A stretch of 58,068 nucleotides of DNA, the filler included, from Stramenopiles sp. TOSAG23-3 (taxonomy: Eukaryota), in assembly GCA_900128585.1 (NCBI GenBank). It is 3 parts of 3 records of this genome, joined end to end, with 100 filler letters (N's around TTAATTAATTAA, not from the genome) between each part and the next. Parts side by side here need not be neighbours in the genome. Positions count along the whole stretch, not along the records: positions 1 to 19,356 come from LT642404.1; 2 more parts are not named here. The stretch is one strand, 5' to 3'. This document shows positions 1 to 11,321 of the stretch, in pieces. The notes under the pieces are model-generated. The model saw nothing but the letters and a program-made list of their open reading frames with translations. It had not been told where the DNA came from and searched no databases. Positions within the stretch are counted from its first letter, which is position 1, and the number at the start of each line of letters is the position of its first letter. A program made the position numbers and the translations under genes.

Positions 1-1
1 T

Positions 2-3000
2 GGCATCTTGTTCTGATGGAATATCGCATGCTAATACTGGGAAATGGCGTTGGACACGATCTGCCACCGTAAATGACCCAGCTGTCGGATTCATTGCGGC
101 AACATACTTGCAGTCCACAATTTCCTTTCTAAAACTCAAGTCGATGCGATCGTAAAATGTTTTCAAATCCATGCACATGCGCAAAAAGGAGTGTGCGTTT
201 TGAGTTCCGTAGTCTTCTATGTACGGAAGGTTTAGGTCGTCCAGGAAGTAAGTCATTACTTTTCCAGACGCTGGCCCAAAGACTCTCCCACTTCTCTTAT
301 CAATCACCTTCTCTATTTGCGCCTGCAGCGAGTAGTGCTCGGTGTAGTAGTTCATACTGATGGTAGTATTCAAAACATTATTATCGTCGTTGGTTGCAAA
401 AAATTGTTCGACCATTGCGGTTTTACCGGTACCAGCCATGCCAACAAGCATGATTGGGGTGTTTTGGCGGGTGATCTGCCCCATTATATTCTTTATGCGA
501 ACAGTGTCGACGGTCTCAACGAAAATTGATGCAAAGTCAATTTCTCCCGGGTTAATACCAATGGGTTGGGATGAATACACTTCGACGTACTCACTCCATG
601 GAGTCCAGGAGTTTGAGTCAATGTCGTATGTGTAATCATAACACTGGGCCTCTTTTGGTAGGTTCGACTGCTTGAAGAGACTTTTCCACAGCTCTCCAAA
701 TTTCTTTCTGTTTGAATTCGACTTGTCGTCAATAAGGGATCCACCAAAAGACCAAATCAAACCAAAGCTAAACAACTGTTCTAGGGACTCCTGGGTTATA
801 TTCGATTCTTTTGCGTCTTCAAGTTTTGAAGACAAGATGCTCAACAATGCAACTACTTTAGTGAGAATCCGTACAGGAACAACGGAGAATATTTCTCCTC
901 GCAGCGAGTCTTCGATTTCTTCAATATATTTATCGAACAAGACAGGGACAAAATTTTGAACGTTTTTATTTTCTTGGCGCGAAAGCCACGTATCTACGAT
1001 CGGTCTCCATCCAATGTCTGCTTCATTGATAAACAAAATACCGTTCCTGGAAACGGTAGCTGGACTAGCGTTCTTCAACGAATCCATTTCGCAGACCATT
1101 CTCATCTCAGGGGTCAAAGGAATTCGCTCATTACTTACAAGTGTCAGCACTTTATTAGCATCCATCACGGTATTCATTGATTCAATCCACAACGTATCTA
1201 CGTCCCCATCAAGGACTATCCATTTGTGGGTTTGCGATTCGGTGTATCCCAGGTCACGGTCACACTTCGCCATACCTCTCATAATAATGGAAAGAATGCC
1301 ATCTTTCCAGTCTTTTGACAGTGTCATGTAGCCATACATTTCATTTACGGTAATTGCTTTTGGGTTCACAACCTCCGTAATGCACACTTTTTTCTTTTCA
1401 TGGCCGATATTCTTCACGTCTCGGAGCGTTCGCCAAATCGAGGTCTTACCACACCCTCCAGGTCCCAGAAGCATCACGGAATGCCGAACATCCATCAATT
1501 CTTGAAACTGAATTACTTTGGCAACAAACGATTCATCAGGTTGCAGCCCTTTCGAAGGACATATTTGTATTGTTTCTGCCTTAAGGGTCTCATCTACCGT
1601 CTTCGGAGTCTTGTTTGCATATGCAGGGAATAAATCTTGGATCAATCGCATAAAGATTGGAGTATCCCAGCTTGGAATCTTTGGAGTGTTGAAGTCACGC
1701 AATGCTCTCATTAATACTTGCTCTTCTGCGTCGCCTGGAGATAGCCGTTTCAGCATTCCCGCCACCACCAAAACCGACTTGACAGCTCTGAGCCCCCAAT
1801 CGTAGTGAGGCTGCTTCGACAGCAACTCGATACTTAGGCCATACAGTGTCACAAACTTAATTGACAACGGCCGTGCTTCAACAAAACCCTCCGACATAAG
1901 CATATTTTCACAAATCAAAGCAAGGTCGGGCCGAATCATCGCGCACGAACGGAACAAACATTTGATGTTTTCTGGCAATTCTGTCCTTCCAGCGTACCCG
2001 GGATTCATAGTAATGAACATTCCTACTGTTGGCACAAGCGAGATGACATCTTCCATGAATTCGTACTGCCCAATCACACACGGCGGGCACCCCGCCGGCA
2101 ATTCTTTGTACTTTTCTGTGCGATTAGCAGGGATGGCCAGGTGATGGATGGCGTCTAAAATAGTTCCTACCTGAGTGGCAACAACGGAAAGCACTTCAAT
2201 AGAAATTCTGTTGAATTCGTCAAAGCAGCCCCACCCCCCTGTTTGCGACAAACCTTTGAAAATATCACCGAGGGATTGAAAATTCATCTGATCCGAGCAG
2301 TTGAATACGTATACTGGCAGAGCCAGGCATCGAGATAAATCTTTCACTGTTTCTGTCTTGCCTGTGCCTGCCGGACCAGCGGGGGCACCCCCAAGCATCA
2401 AACGCATAGCAGTGGTCAATGTAATGTAGCATCGATCTGTTAACGGGGTGATAACTAGGCGGCCTACGTTGCCTAACGCCTCGTAACTATATTTTGTTCG
2501 AAAGTCGCAAATGCGTGCAGCTACATCTCGCGATGCCTGCTCCCAGTACAGACGCATCTGCTGCTGCCACGCGAAAGCCAAAGGCCCCTCCGTTTTGTCC
2601 TTCACAAGCGCACCTACAACATCACGGCCGTGTACATCCATAGTGATGACAGTGATAATTTTTCTTCTATCGTTCTTATTTAACTTTCCTTGGACCAGTT
2701 TGATCAAACTCTGCAACCGCTTCGTGCAAAGATGGAGGTACTTTTTAACAGCATCCTCTGTTCCATTTTCATACTCATCTAATGCTGCTTCTGCTTCTTC
2801 CGTCCAGTACAACTGCGTGCCCACCACAGCATGTTGCGCCGGATAATCGAAAACCCATTCATGACGTGATTTTTCCGCTGGGTCGTCCCAGTGCACTGCT
2901 GCCGATACAGCCTGGTCCAATGTTAAGGCCAACTCTGATTTCAAGTGGTCCGTAAACGCGTTGAGCCAATTTTCAACTGCACCGGTTATCTTAAATTTGT

Positions 3001-6000
3001 TACTAAACTCTAAAATTTCCCCATCTTGTGCGGAGCAACCGGTCGCCACATAAGTCTCGTCCTCTGCCGTCTCATCCCACAATAGTGTTTTCAGCGCCCC
3101 ATAACAATCTCCAAAGTGGCTCATGATTCTGGGTGGATTGTTTCCATTTGACAAAATATCTAACAGCGCAGTCGTGGAAACGAAGTAAAAACGCGGGTAA
3201 ACTTTCTTTTTCATGTCCAGGTACTCATTCAGGGATTTCTGGCACATCTCTAAGCTCTGCATCATCTCTGTTAGAAGTTCAACTCGGCCGTCTTCATTAC
3301 ATGCACGTACCACATTTGTTTCGAGGACGGCTTCCTTTTGCAGATCTTTAAATTGTTGGTCGATTGCCTCAAACCGCTTCGTATCTTCTGGTAATTGCCT
3401 TCTGATATCGGCCGATCCTAAAAATATGGCCTCTAGTCCCGCCCACTGTTTTGTCACCGAACTCCACTGCTTCAGGCACATTTCGACGTTGCCTAAAACC
3501 GTTTGCCACCCAGAAACTCTATTTCTAAAAAATGCAACAAATTTTCCCATTCCGATCATTGTTTGCAATTCCATCTGGTGGGCTTCTAATTCTTCGATGA
3601 TTTCTTCAGATATTTTAATTACTGACACTTCGCTGTCCTTGAATTGGACGAAGTCGAGTGCTAACCCAGCCCAGGTTTGCTCGATTATTTTTAATTTCCT
3701 ATCTATTTTCAGCTCTTTCGATGCGGTCTCTACTACTTCCAGAACATCGTCTTCGTAATTTTGTAAATTCAACTGAATCAAATCTTCCATTGAAAAAGAC
3801 AAAGAGTCCGGGGCAATAGATTCAACTTTGGTTATCTTAGCGACGGCCGCCCAATGCCTTGCTCGCATAGCAGGGCTATGGAGCTCAGCCACTATTGGTA
3901 GGACAACATTCATGTCTTTTCCCAAAGCTTCCACATCACGGTAGGCCCCCCATTGTTTTGCAATGGGGTAAGTCGTACCAAAGTCTTTTATCGATCGTAG
4001 CATATCTTTGTTTTCACTCAAAAGAGAATCTGTATCAATGGAGTGCCATCCTATCGTCTTCCACCTGGAATAAGTGTGCTCGACAAAAGCCTTCATATCC
4101 CACACTCGCTTCAATACATCCAAATCGCGTTGCGTGTCTGCAACTTCAGGGTAGTGTATAATTTGAAGCTCGAACAATTCTTCAAGTTCTTGGAGCCTAT
4201 TTGCTTCTGTTATCAAAGAACTAAGAGTATTGTGGTACGAATCAATCGATTCATACGCGGCTAGAGGACGCCCAGTGAATGCAAACGGCGCATTCTTTCT
4301 GAATTCTGTTCGAAACGCGCGAATTTTGAGGAAAAACTTCTCCATTTCGTCCTTGATGTTGTCGACTTCGGCATTTTGAAGTGGGGTAATTACTTCCTTT
4401 TTTGCGAAAGCTTTGTTTACTAGAGTGTCCCAGTCGCTTGGGGCCTGCTCAAGGTAATCGTATATTTCCACGGCATCGGTCAACACAGTCTTTCCATCGT
4501 CCCTTTCGACTGATTTCCCTACCTTTAATTTGTCTAACGTTATGCCATGTTTTCTTAATAGCGCTGTGCACATTTTGATAGGAATAAGCATCGCCTTTGT
4601 GGTATCCATGGCTTTTTTCACATCCCGGATGTGCCCCATAATGTCCATCAGCGACTCCTTGTTTGTTGCTACGACTGGCTGCTCTAACCCAATCGTCGCC
4701 GACTCGATAAAATTGAAAAGTTTTTGCAGCTTTCCTAACACGTCATCAACAAGAAATTGGGTGAACATAAATGACCACTTAGATGCCCATGTACCTAATG
4801 CCTGTTTTATGGGTTGTGGGTTGACACGCACCCAGCCGATGTCAACTTGCGACTTCAATTCTCCTATGTCCTGTTGCACTTGTCGGTATCTGGTGATTTC
4901 TTCGTCAAATCTTTCTATGTCGTACTCGATATGGCCCGGTTGGACTTCCGTCCCGACTTCCTCCAAAAATGCCTTGAAAGTGCTTTGAAGATCGGTGGTG
5001 AATAAATAGGAGTAGTTCTCGTATGTTTGTTTAAATTCTTTGCAGCTCTGGTCATTCGTATCCAAAATGTCATTTATATCTGCAATAGCCCCTTGAATCG
5101 ACATATTGTTTTGTAACTCTTTTACGTACGTACCGCTGTTGGTATCAAGGCGTTTGAAAAGCATTGCAATTTTGTAAAATTCTTCAATCCAGCTGTTGAC
5201 AATGTCACGCAAACCGCTGTTCTTTTCCGTGTGCCCCAGGTCGGGAGAGAAAACGACTTTTGACGCTTTCAAGTCCATTTCAATTTCCAGCATGGGCACC
5301 CGCCCTTTGGAGGAAATAATTTTGGCGTCCGTGTTTTGAACAACGAAATCCATAGACATGACTACAACAGTGGCAAGCCCGTCTACAACTATGTTGTTCA
5401 CAAAATCAACATAGGCCTTCCAATCTGGTAGCCCTTGACTGACTTTCAAAATCTTGTTGCTATCTTTAAGCAATTTTGTGATTGCTTTTCCACCTTCTTT
5501 GATTTTCGAATAAATACCTGTTTGCCGGGTTTTGTTCAGTTTTGCAAAGTCGCCGGGAATCAGAGGCTTTGCCGTTCGGCGCTCTAGGAGAGGGACTTTC
5601 CATTCTTGCAAAATGCTGTCGATGTTCGACAGGTTTGCTTTTAGGGTCGACAAAATGGTGTCAGCAGCCCGGACATCTGCCATCGCTTCTGTGATGAACA
5701 GATCGATTCCATGACTTTTCCAATTCATTTGTTTCAGACCACGCTGGACTGTCTTGTTGATTTTCGTGATGTATTGCTGGACTAGCGGCTTTTCTACGGG
5801 CAGAAGCGAATTTAACATGTTGTTGTAAACATTTACAATTAAATCCAAATTTCCTGTTTGGGTGCGAAACACTTCCGCTTTTTTGTAAATTAGCGATGCG
5901 CCTTCTGGCACTGGGAGGTTCAAAAGAAGAAAATACTTGACTTCACGGAGCAGTCGGACTAGATCAGGGTCGAAATTGACAACCAGTCGACCTCCGGTGG

Positions 6001-7963
6001 CGTCACTGTTCTCTCGTCGAAGTAGAGGAAGTTTCAACTTAGACTGGGAAGAGCTCTCCACGTCTCCACTCCACTCTTCTATTTTTGCAATGACGTACTC
6101 CTCCAAATTTTCGGCTATAGTCTGGTAAACCTTTGCAACCTCTTTCGCCTCCTCCCGCTCCATAATTGTCTTGTTCAACCGTCGCAGCTTTGCCATCGGC
6201 TTCTTGATTCTTTCGGACAATCCTTTGCACCAAGTGATGGCTCCGGCCATGGGAGGGAGATTGTTTGGAATGGGCGGGCTATCTCGCTGGCCAATGAACA
6301 GTTCTTGGGCAATTTTTAAGTCCGTGCCGTATTGTTGCACCAGCAAAACATGCTTCTTCTCGAGTTCGTCCTGTATGATAGGCCTATCTAAAAGCCCTTC
6401 AAAGCTATCCAGAAGCTTGAAACGGCCGTAAATGGTAGCTGCATCATCAAACGCTTGCGTTAAGAGGGAACCAAGACGACGCTCCAGCTCTTTGATCCTG
6501 CATCGAAATTCATAAAAGTCGTCGTCAAACCGCTTTGCGCCCACATCCATGATGTCATAGTCTACTGCTTCGAACGTTGCGACCGCACTAAGAAAATCGG
6601 AGTAGATTTGAGCCACGCTGTTCGTAAGGGTCTTGCCTTTCGTGCCTCCGATTTCTATCCTTCCAAGTTTGCTAAATTGCACTATTGTTTGTGTCAGGTC
6701 CAGGATGTCGTGGCACCGTTCTAAAAAGCCGTCTAAACGCATGAACAGAGCATTATTTTGTATTCTCCATGGGTTTTCGGGACAGTCGGCGTTTGCCGTT
6801 GCTTTGTAATCAAAGTATGTACTTTTGAACGTCCCACAGATTTGGAGCGTGACCTTCAATTTTTCTACCGCCTGGCCTGCTTCCTCGTCTTCGATGAGTG
6901 CAAAAATTTGCTCACCGCTTATAAATTTCCGCGCTTGCTTGATGATTCCGTTGCAGATTTCGCGGACCAATACAACAAGCCGAGACGGGGTATTGTAGTA
7001 TTTGGAACTCTTCCAAATCAACAGTACAATGTGCATGATCGGCTTAAATAAATTAGTCAACTCGGTGAATGCTGTCCCTTCGTCCAATTGCCCAAATAGA
7101 TCGCGCAGGGTTTCCAAGTACTTCCTGTTATCGTTTGCTTCCAGGCGAGCGGAGAAGACTTCTTTGCACAATTTTGCGAACGGTGTACAGTACGTACTTT
7201 TTGACAAATCGAGGAACCGAAGAACCTTTCTCACGGCATCGCTTTGCAATTGCTCAAATATGCTGTTCAAATTTATACTCTGGAATTTCCAAAAGTTAAG
7301 CTCTGCCTCCGGGGATGGGTGGTCCTTCTTTTTCAGTAAGGATTCGGGGTCCTGCTTCAAAATTTGTTTGATCTGTTTTGTCCATGTAATCACGGCGCTC
7401 TCAAGCAGATGCACGCGGTCCTTATAATTTGAGTTCCCACTCGCCGGTTCGACCGGGGGGAGAGGAAGGCAGGCCTTTCCCCTCATTTGCCCGAGAGTGA
7501 TTGAGACGTTTGCCAAGAAAGAGTGCAACTTGTCGGTAACTTCCTTCGATGCAACTTCGCCCCAGTTTGATTGGTTTGCGTGATTGCCGACCAGCGGAAC
7601 AAAAACTCTTTCCAGGACAGTTTCAAGGTTGTTAACCATGTTATCATTAAACTCGCCAGAGGCAACTTCTTCTAGGATATTTTCTCCCGTAACTTCGCCC
7701 GTGATCTGGAGTTTCAGAAAATAGACAACTTTCTGGCGTTTGGGGAGACTGGACGGCAGTTCGTTCGTGGCCAAAAGCGCATCGCCTACAAAAAACAGGG
7801 TGGGAACCATTTTATTCGAACAGAATTCCTCCATACTTTGTTTGTTGGGTTCCGAGGCAAACGCCTTCTTAAGCTTGTCATTTTTTATGTGTTTGAAGCA
7901 CGTCCGGACCCTGCTCTCGATCCATTTCTTCGGGTCTACGTCGGACGACTTCTTTTCGGCCAT
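2..7963 (-). CDS. Axonemal dynein heavy chain (outer-arm beta-like), 3' partial
   Basis: Not in the ORF track because it runs off the window. Spot translation from ATG at 7963 gives MAEKKSSDVDPKKWIESRVR. Tail motif DYDIMDVGAKRFDDDFYEFRCRIKELERR (~6480-6560), AAA1 P-loop GAPAGPAGTGKTETVKD (~2340-2390), WGCFDEFNR (~2210-2235), QPHYDWGLR (~1790-1815), AAA2 GPGGCGKT (~1443-1467). Not every codon was checked by hand. Confidence 0.96.
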   Translation of the reverse strand, partial: MAEKKSSDVDPKKWIESRVRTCFKHIKNDKLKKAFASEPNKQSMEEFCSNKMVPTLFFVGDALLATNELPSSLPKRQKVVYFLKLQITGEVTGENILEEVASGEFNDNMVNNLETVLERVFVPLVGNHANQSNWGEVASKEVTDKLHSFLANVSITLGQMRGKACLPLPPVEPASGNSNYKDRVHLLESAVITWTKQIKQILKQDPESLLKKKDHPSPEAELNFWKFQSINLNSIFEQLQSDAVRKVLRFLDLSKSTYCTPFAKLCKEVFSARLEANDNRKYLETLRDLFGQLDEGTAFTELTNLFKPIMHIVLLIWKSSKYYNTPSRLVVLVREICNGIIKQARKFISGEQIFALIEDEEAGQAVEKLKVTLQICGTFKSTYFDYKATANADCPENPWRIQNNALFMRLDGFLERCHDILDLTQTIVQFSKLGRIEIGGTKGKTLTNSVAQIYSDFLSAVATFEAVDYDIMDVGAKRFDDDFYEFRCRIKELERRLGSLLTQAFDDAATIYGRFKLLDSFEGLLDRPIIQDELEKKHVLLVQQYGTDLKIAQELFIGQRDSPPIPNNLPPMAGAITWCKGLSERIKKPMAKLRRLNKTIMEREEAKEVAKVYQTIAENLEEYVIAKIEEWSGDVESSSQSKLKLPLLRRENSDATGGRLVVNFDPDLVRLLREVKYFLLLNLPVPEGASLIYKKAEVFRTQTGNLDLIVNVYNNMLNSLLPVEKPLVQQYITKINKTVQRGLKQMNWKSHGIDLFITEAMADVRAADTILSTLKANLSNIDSILQEWKVPLLERRTAKPLIPGDFAKLNKTRQTGIYSKIKEGGKAITKLLKDSNKILKVSQGLPDWKAYVDFVNNIVVDGLATVVVMSMDFVVQNTDAKIISSKGRVPMLEIEMDLKASKVVFSPDLGHTEKNSGLRDIVNSWIEEFYKIAMLFKRLDTNSGTYVKELQNNMSIQGAIADINDILDTNDQSCKEFKQTYENYSYLFTTDLQSTFKAFLEEVGTEVQPGHIEYDIERFDEEITRYRQVQQDIGELKSQVDIGWVRVNPQPIKQALGTWASKWSFMFTQFLVDDVLGKLQKLFNFIESATIGLEQPVVATNKESLMDIMGHIRDVKKAMDTTKAMLIPIKMCTALLRKHGITLDKLKVGKSVERDDGKTVLTDAVEIYDYLEQAPSDWDTLVNKAFAKKEVITPLQNAEVDNIKDEMEKFFLKIRAFRTEFRKNAPFAFTGRPLAAYESIDSYHNTLSSLITEANRLQELEELFELQIIHYPEVADTQRDLDVLKRVWDMKAFVEHTYSRWKTIGWHSIDTDSLLSENKDMLRSIKDFGTTYPIAKQWGAYRDVEALGKDMNVVLPIVAELHSPAMRARHWAAVAKITKVESIAPDSLSFSMEDLIQLNLQNYEDDVLEVVETASKELKIDRKLKIIEQTWAGLALDFVQFKDSEVSVIKISEEIIEELEAHQMELQTMIGMGKFVAFFRNRVSGWQTVLGNVEMCLKQWSSVTKQWAGLEAIFLGSADIRRQLPEDTKRFEAIDQQFKDLQKEAVLETNVVRACNEDGRVELLTEMMQSLEMCQKSLNEYLDMKKKVYPRFYFVSTTALLDILSNGNNPPRIMSHFGDCYGALKTLLWDETAEDETYVATGCSAQDGEILEFSNKFKITGAVENWLNAFTDHLKSELALTLDQAVSAAVHWDDPAEKSRHEWVFDYPAQHAVVGTQLYWTEEAEAALDEYENGTEDAVKKYLHLCTKRLQSLIKLVQGKLNKNDRRKIITVITMDVHGRDVVGALVKDKTEGPLAFAWQQQMRLYWEQASRDVAARICDFRTKYSYEALGNVGRLVITPLTDRCYITLTTAMRLMLGGAPAGPAGTGKTETVKDLSRCLALPVYVFNCSDQMNFQSLGDIFKGLSQTGGWGCFDEFNRISIEVLSVVATQVGTILDAIHHLAIPANRTEKYKELPAGCPPCVIGQYEFMEDVISLVPTVGMFITMNPGYAGRTELPENIKCLFRSCAMIRPDLALICENMLMSEGFVEARPLSIKFVTLYGLSIELLSKQPHYDWGLRAVKSVLVVAGMLKRLSPGDAEEQVLMRALRDFNTPKIPSWDTPIFMRLIQDLFPAYANKTPKTVDETLKAETIQICPSKGLQPDESFVAKVIQFQELMDVRHSVMLLGPGGCGKTSIWRTLRDVKNIGHEKKKVCITEVVNPKAITVNEMYGYMTLSKDWKDGILSIIMRGMAKCDRDLGYTESQTHKWIVLDGDVDTLWIESMNTVMDANKVLTLVSNERIPLTPEMRMVCEMDSLKNASPATVSRNGILFINEADIGWRPIVDTWLSRQENKNVQNFVPVLFDKYIEEIEDSLRGEIFSVVPVRILTKVVALLSILSSKLEDAKESNITQESLEQLFSFGLIWSFGGSLIDDKSNSNRKKFGELWKSLFKQSNLPKEAQCYDYTYDIDSNSWTPWSEYVEVYSSQPIGINPGEIDFASIFVETVDTVRIKNIMGQITRQNTPIMLVGMAGTGKTAMVEQFFATNDDNNVLNTTISMNYYTEHYSLQAQIEKVIDKRSGRVFGPASGKVMTYFLDDLNLPYIEDYGTQNAHSFLRMCMDLKTFYDRIDLSFRKEIVDCKYVAAMNPTAGSFTVADRVQRHFPVLACDIPSEQDA

Positions 7964-9458
7964 GGCGTATTGGTAAGTTCTACTATCTACGCTTTTCCTG
8001 ATCTGTTGACCACTTCTTGATTTACGTTCCCAAGTTTCTCCTCTTCTCAAAATGTTGAAAGTCCGATACAAAATAGTACAATATTCCCCAGGCTTTGATC
8101 GTAACAATAACAGAAATGGGGGGGAAAGTCTCTGAAAGAAAGATTGCTGCCTCCTCCTTGCTGTAGCTCTAGCTGTAGCTGTAGCTGCAGCAAAGAGATG
8201 CAAAAGCTGGAATAGTAACATATAAATAGCAAAGAACGCATTGCTGTCACTAGTACAATGTGTAATTGATTGCTATAGAGATATTGGCAGTCTCTACTAC
8301 ACAGCATCAATATAAATAGGAAAATCGAAAGCCCTGCAACAGGAGTGGTAGTTAGTCTAGCATAGCATTACGTACGTACGTAGTAGTCGGTGTGTGAAGA
8401 ATGATTCTTTTTTTTTTTTTAAATGTATCGAATCAGCAACAATAGGAATTAAAAGATTGCGATGAAAAATAAAACGCTCTTACGAAAGGCCGATGGTATA
8501 TTTTCATATATGAATGCTAAGTGGTGTTCGAGCCGTTCTATTTTCAGCCATAAATGAAAGAAATTTGCAAAAATAATTTAAACTGGACGAATTCCGTTTC
8601 CGAACGCAAATAGGACAAAGACAATTTAGTACCGCTTCCGCTGCTGGCAATGTACGTACATGTCACCCCAGGTTTCTTTATAATATATATATAACATTGC
8701 GTATTAGTTTGTGTGATGTGGAATTCGATCACATGTGCCAGTTTAGCCCTGCACCTAGTTAATTCCATTTTTTAAATTGAATTGAATGGTGTGATCCTGT
8801 ACATTTGATCGGATTGCTTGATTTATTTCCAATTAGCAGTTAAACAGTTCTTCTGTTTTTTCTCTTATCGCCATCTTAAATTGAGATTTTAAAATTAAGA
8901 ATATGGAAATAGCATTAAACTAGAATATACCGCCATTTTGTTTTCTTGCCATAGCTGGTAGATGGTGTATGAGTATTCAAATAATGGGCCAGAGTGTGGG
9001 TGGTAGGAGAGTAGCAGAAACATAATAAAAATAAAGCAAGACAAAGAAAGAACAAAGACCGATTAACTCGTACAAGAGACGACTATCTAGACTAATTAGT
9101 CAGGAAATCATTCAGGTATTTCATTGTAATTTCTTCCGTTATACAGATAATTATTAATACAGGCCAGTATACATGTAATATAATTAAAAAAGAAAAGCAG
9201 CATGACACGGAACGGGGGGATATTTTTTATATCTTAGACTAGTTAGACGACTATTGAATAAAATAATATCATGTAATAAATAACTAACTAATAACTTTCT
9301 TTCTCCAACATAATTCAAGTATCTATAAAACATGAAATGAAACAAGAACTTGTTCTGTTGCAATTTGCAATTTGCGACTTTGCGACATGGAATAGTACGT
9401 TAGGTTTGGCCTAAAAGCTAATAAATAGCTAGTACAGGAAAAAAATAACAACACGCAC

Positions 9459-9488
9459 GCTCAGCTCAGCTCAGCTCAGCTCAGCTCA
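9459..9488. repeat. (GCTCA)6 pentanucleotide microsatellite
   Basis: gctcagctcagctcagctcagctcagctca read directly. Confidence 0.9.
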
Positions 9489-9829
9489 ATTGGATTCTAT
9501 CATATTACTCTGTGGTTTGATTGAGTTAGCGTAGCAAAAATAAGAAATGCCCGGTTCACTCTAACCTCTAATGGTTTTGGCTACATTACTATATGCTTTT
9601 CGTATTCTACCTGTTCTCTGATATTATTATACATCGTACTTTCTACTTACTTACGGTACTTCTACTTGGTAACAACAACAAATGTTTTCTTCTTTTTTTT
9701 TTTATTTATTTTATTAATCCATTATTATTAAATTATCCTTTGCTTAAAGTGTGAGCAAAAGGAAAATATGTAGGTTTCTTCTTGCACACGAACACAGAGA
9801 GCAAAGTGGGAGTGTGCAATAACCGAACA

Positions 9830-11242
9830 ATGTACGACAGCAACGGGCGGCTTATCCGTGGAGTGAAGTCAAAGTCTGGTGCAGGCCCGTCACAGGCTGG
9901 ACTGTCTGCTGCCGAGCGAGTTGTTTTGGAAAAAAAAATTGATGACCTGGAATCGCAAATCATGGTGCAGGAAGCTGAGAATAGGGTCTTGAAGCAGCAA
10001 TTGGAGACGACTGGAAAGAAGCACGAAGAGTCGCTGTACCAAACGGCCACTGTAAATAGAGAAAACCAGGTGCAGTTTGCCAAGTATCAAAAATTAGAAG
10101 ATGAGCGAAACTCCCTGGCCAAGCAGAATGAAGGCATCCAAGGATCTGTAAAAAGCCTAGAAGAAAGTGGAAACGTTTTACGCGCAGCCCACGAAAGATT
10201 GTTCATCGACTATAAAAAGGTGGCGTCTCAGCACGACAAAATGGTAAAGGATATGGAGGCAGCTAAGGCAGAAAGCCGTGAGCTAAAGTTTCAAGTAGGC
10301 AGCTTGACAAGGTACAAAGAAAAATTCGTTGCCACTAATAAAGAAATTGTGAAAATTTATAGAGACAACAAACGGTTGAAACACGAGAATACGGAGATAG
10401 GGAAGCATTTTAAAGAGGTTGAAACGGGGTATACGCTAGTTTTCGAGGAAATGCAAAAGCGAATAAAGGAAGGCAAGTTTGACCTTCAGGTTTTGTACAA
10501 TAAATACAAACAGTCGTGCACAAATGCAGCATCGGTGGAGAGTTTGCTGGACCAGCAAACGTTGGCAGTGAACAAGATACAAACGGAATGCCAGCAGGTT
10601 CGAACCGATATGTTGGTTCAGACAGAAAAAAATGCCTCATTAGAGAAACAGATAGAAGGAATGAAGACTACTATGGAGTTTTACGTATCACAAGTCACAA
10701 AAGCCGCCGAAGAGCAGGAGAACTCGCACAAACACCAAATCCGGAAAACGAGAGTTGCCGGTGAAAATGCCGTGGAGAAAGTGCGGAAGGAACTGTCCGT
10801 GGAGAGGAATATTATAGAGGAAAGATGGAAAGATAGGTTGAGAACCATAGAGAGAAAGTACCACACCGTTTCAAAGGCGCTAAACGAAACAATTTCGTCC
10901 CAGGCTCAGAGAATAGCGTCTCTAGAGGAGACTGCGAAAAGGCAAAGCATTGAAAAAGTGAAATTGACCCGAACGCTCCGCAAGACGCAGAAGAGCCTGG
11001 TGCGGACAGAGGAAGACCTGACTCGGACGAAGGAAGAGGCAAGTGGGACCGCCCACGACATGCTAAAATCGGTGGGTGTCCTACCAACCCGAACATTTGC
11101 ATACGATGACAGCACGAAGGAACGATTCCTTAGAGAATCAGAGAAGGAAACGAGTGGTGACAGGACCACCATGCCTGGAGGACAGCTAATAGGAGGGCGA
11201 CGGCGGCTCCATTCCACGTCGCTTTTGCACGCGTGGGGGTAA
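9830..11242 (+). CDS. Long coiled-coil hypothetical protein
   Basis: ~470-aa ORF from first ATG (MYDSNGRLIRG); E/K/Q/L-rich heptad-like sequence over most of its length. Confidence 0.8.
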   Translation: MYDSNGRLIRGVKSKSGAGPSQAGLSAAERVVLEKKIDDLESQIMVQEAENRVLKQQLETTGKKHEESLYQTATVNRENQVQFAKYQKLEDERNSLAKQNEGIQGSVKSLEESGNVLRAAHERLFIDYKKVASQHDKMVKDMEAAKAESRELKFQVGSLTRYKEKFVATNKEIVKIYRDNKRLKHENTEIGKHFKEVETGYTLVFEEMQKRIKEGKFDLQVLYNKYKQSCTNAASVESLLDQQTLAVNKIQTECQQVRTDMLVQTEKNASLEKQIEGMKTTMEFYVSQVTKAAEEQENSHKHQIRKTRVAGENAVEKVRKELSVERNIIEERWKDRLRTIERKYHTVSKALNETISSQAQRIASLEETAKRQSIEKVKLTRTLRKTQKSLVRTEEDLTRTKEEASGTAHDMLKSVGVLPTRTFAYDDSTKERFLRESEKETSGDRTTMPGGQLIGGRRRLHSTSLLHAWG

Positions 11243-11321
11243 AATACCGAAGGGAGAACCATTTGTACCGTACCGCGAGAGAGCACGAGCACTTTGTGCC
11301 GTGTAAAAAATAATATACGTT

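Noticed and set aside
157-7976. Many short + strand ORFs
   Set aside because: Antisense shadows of the dynein CDS
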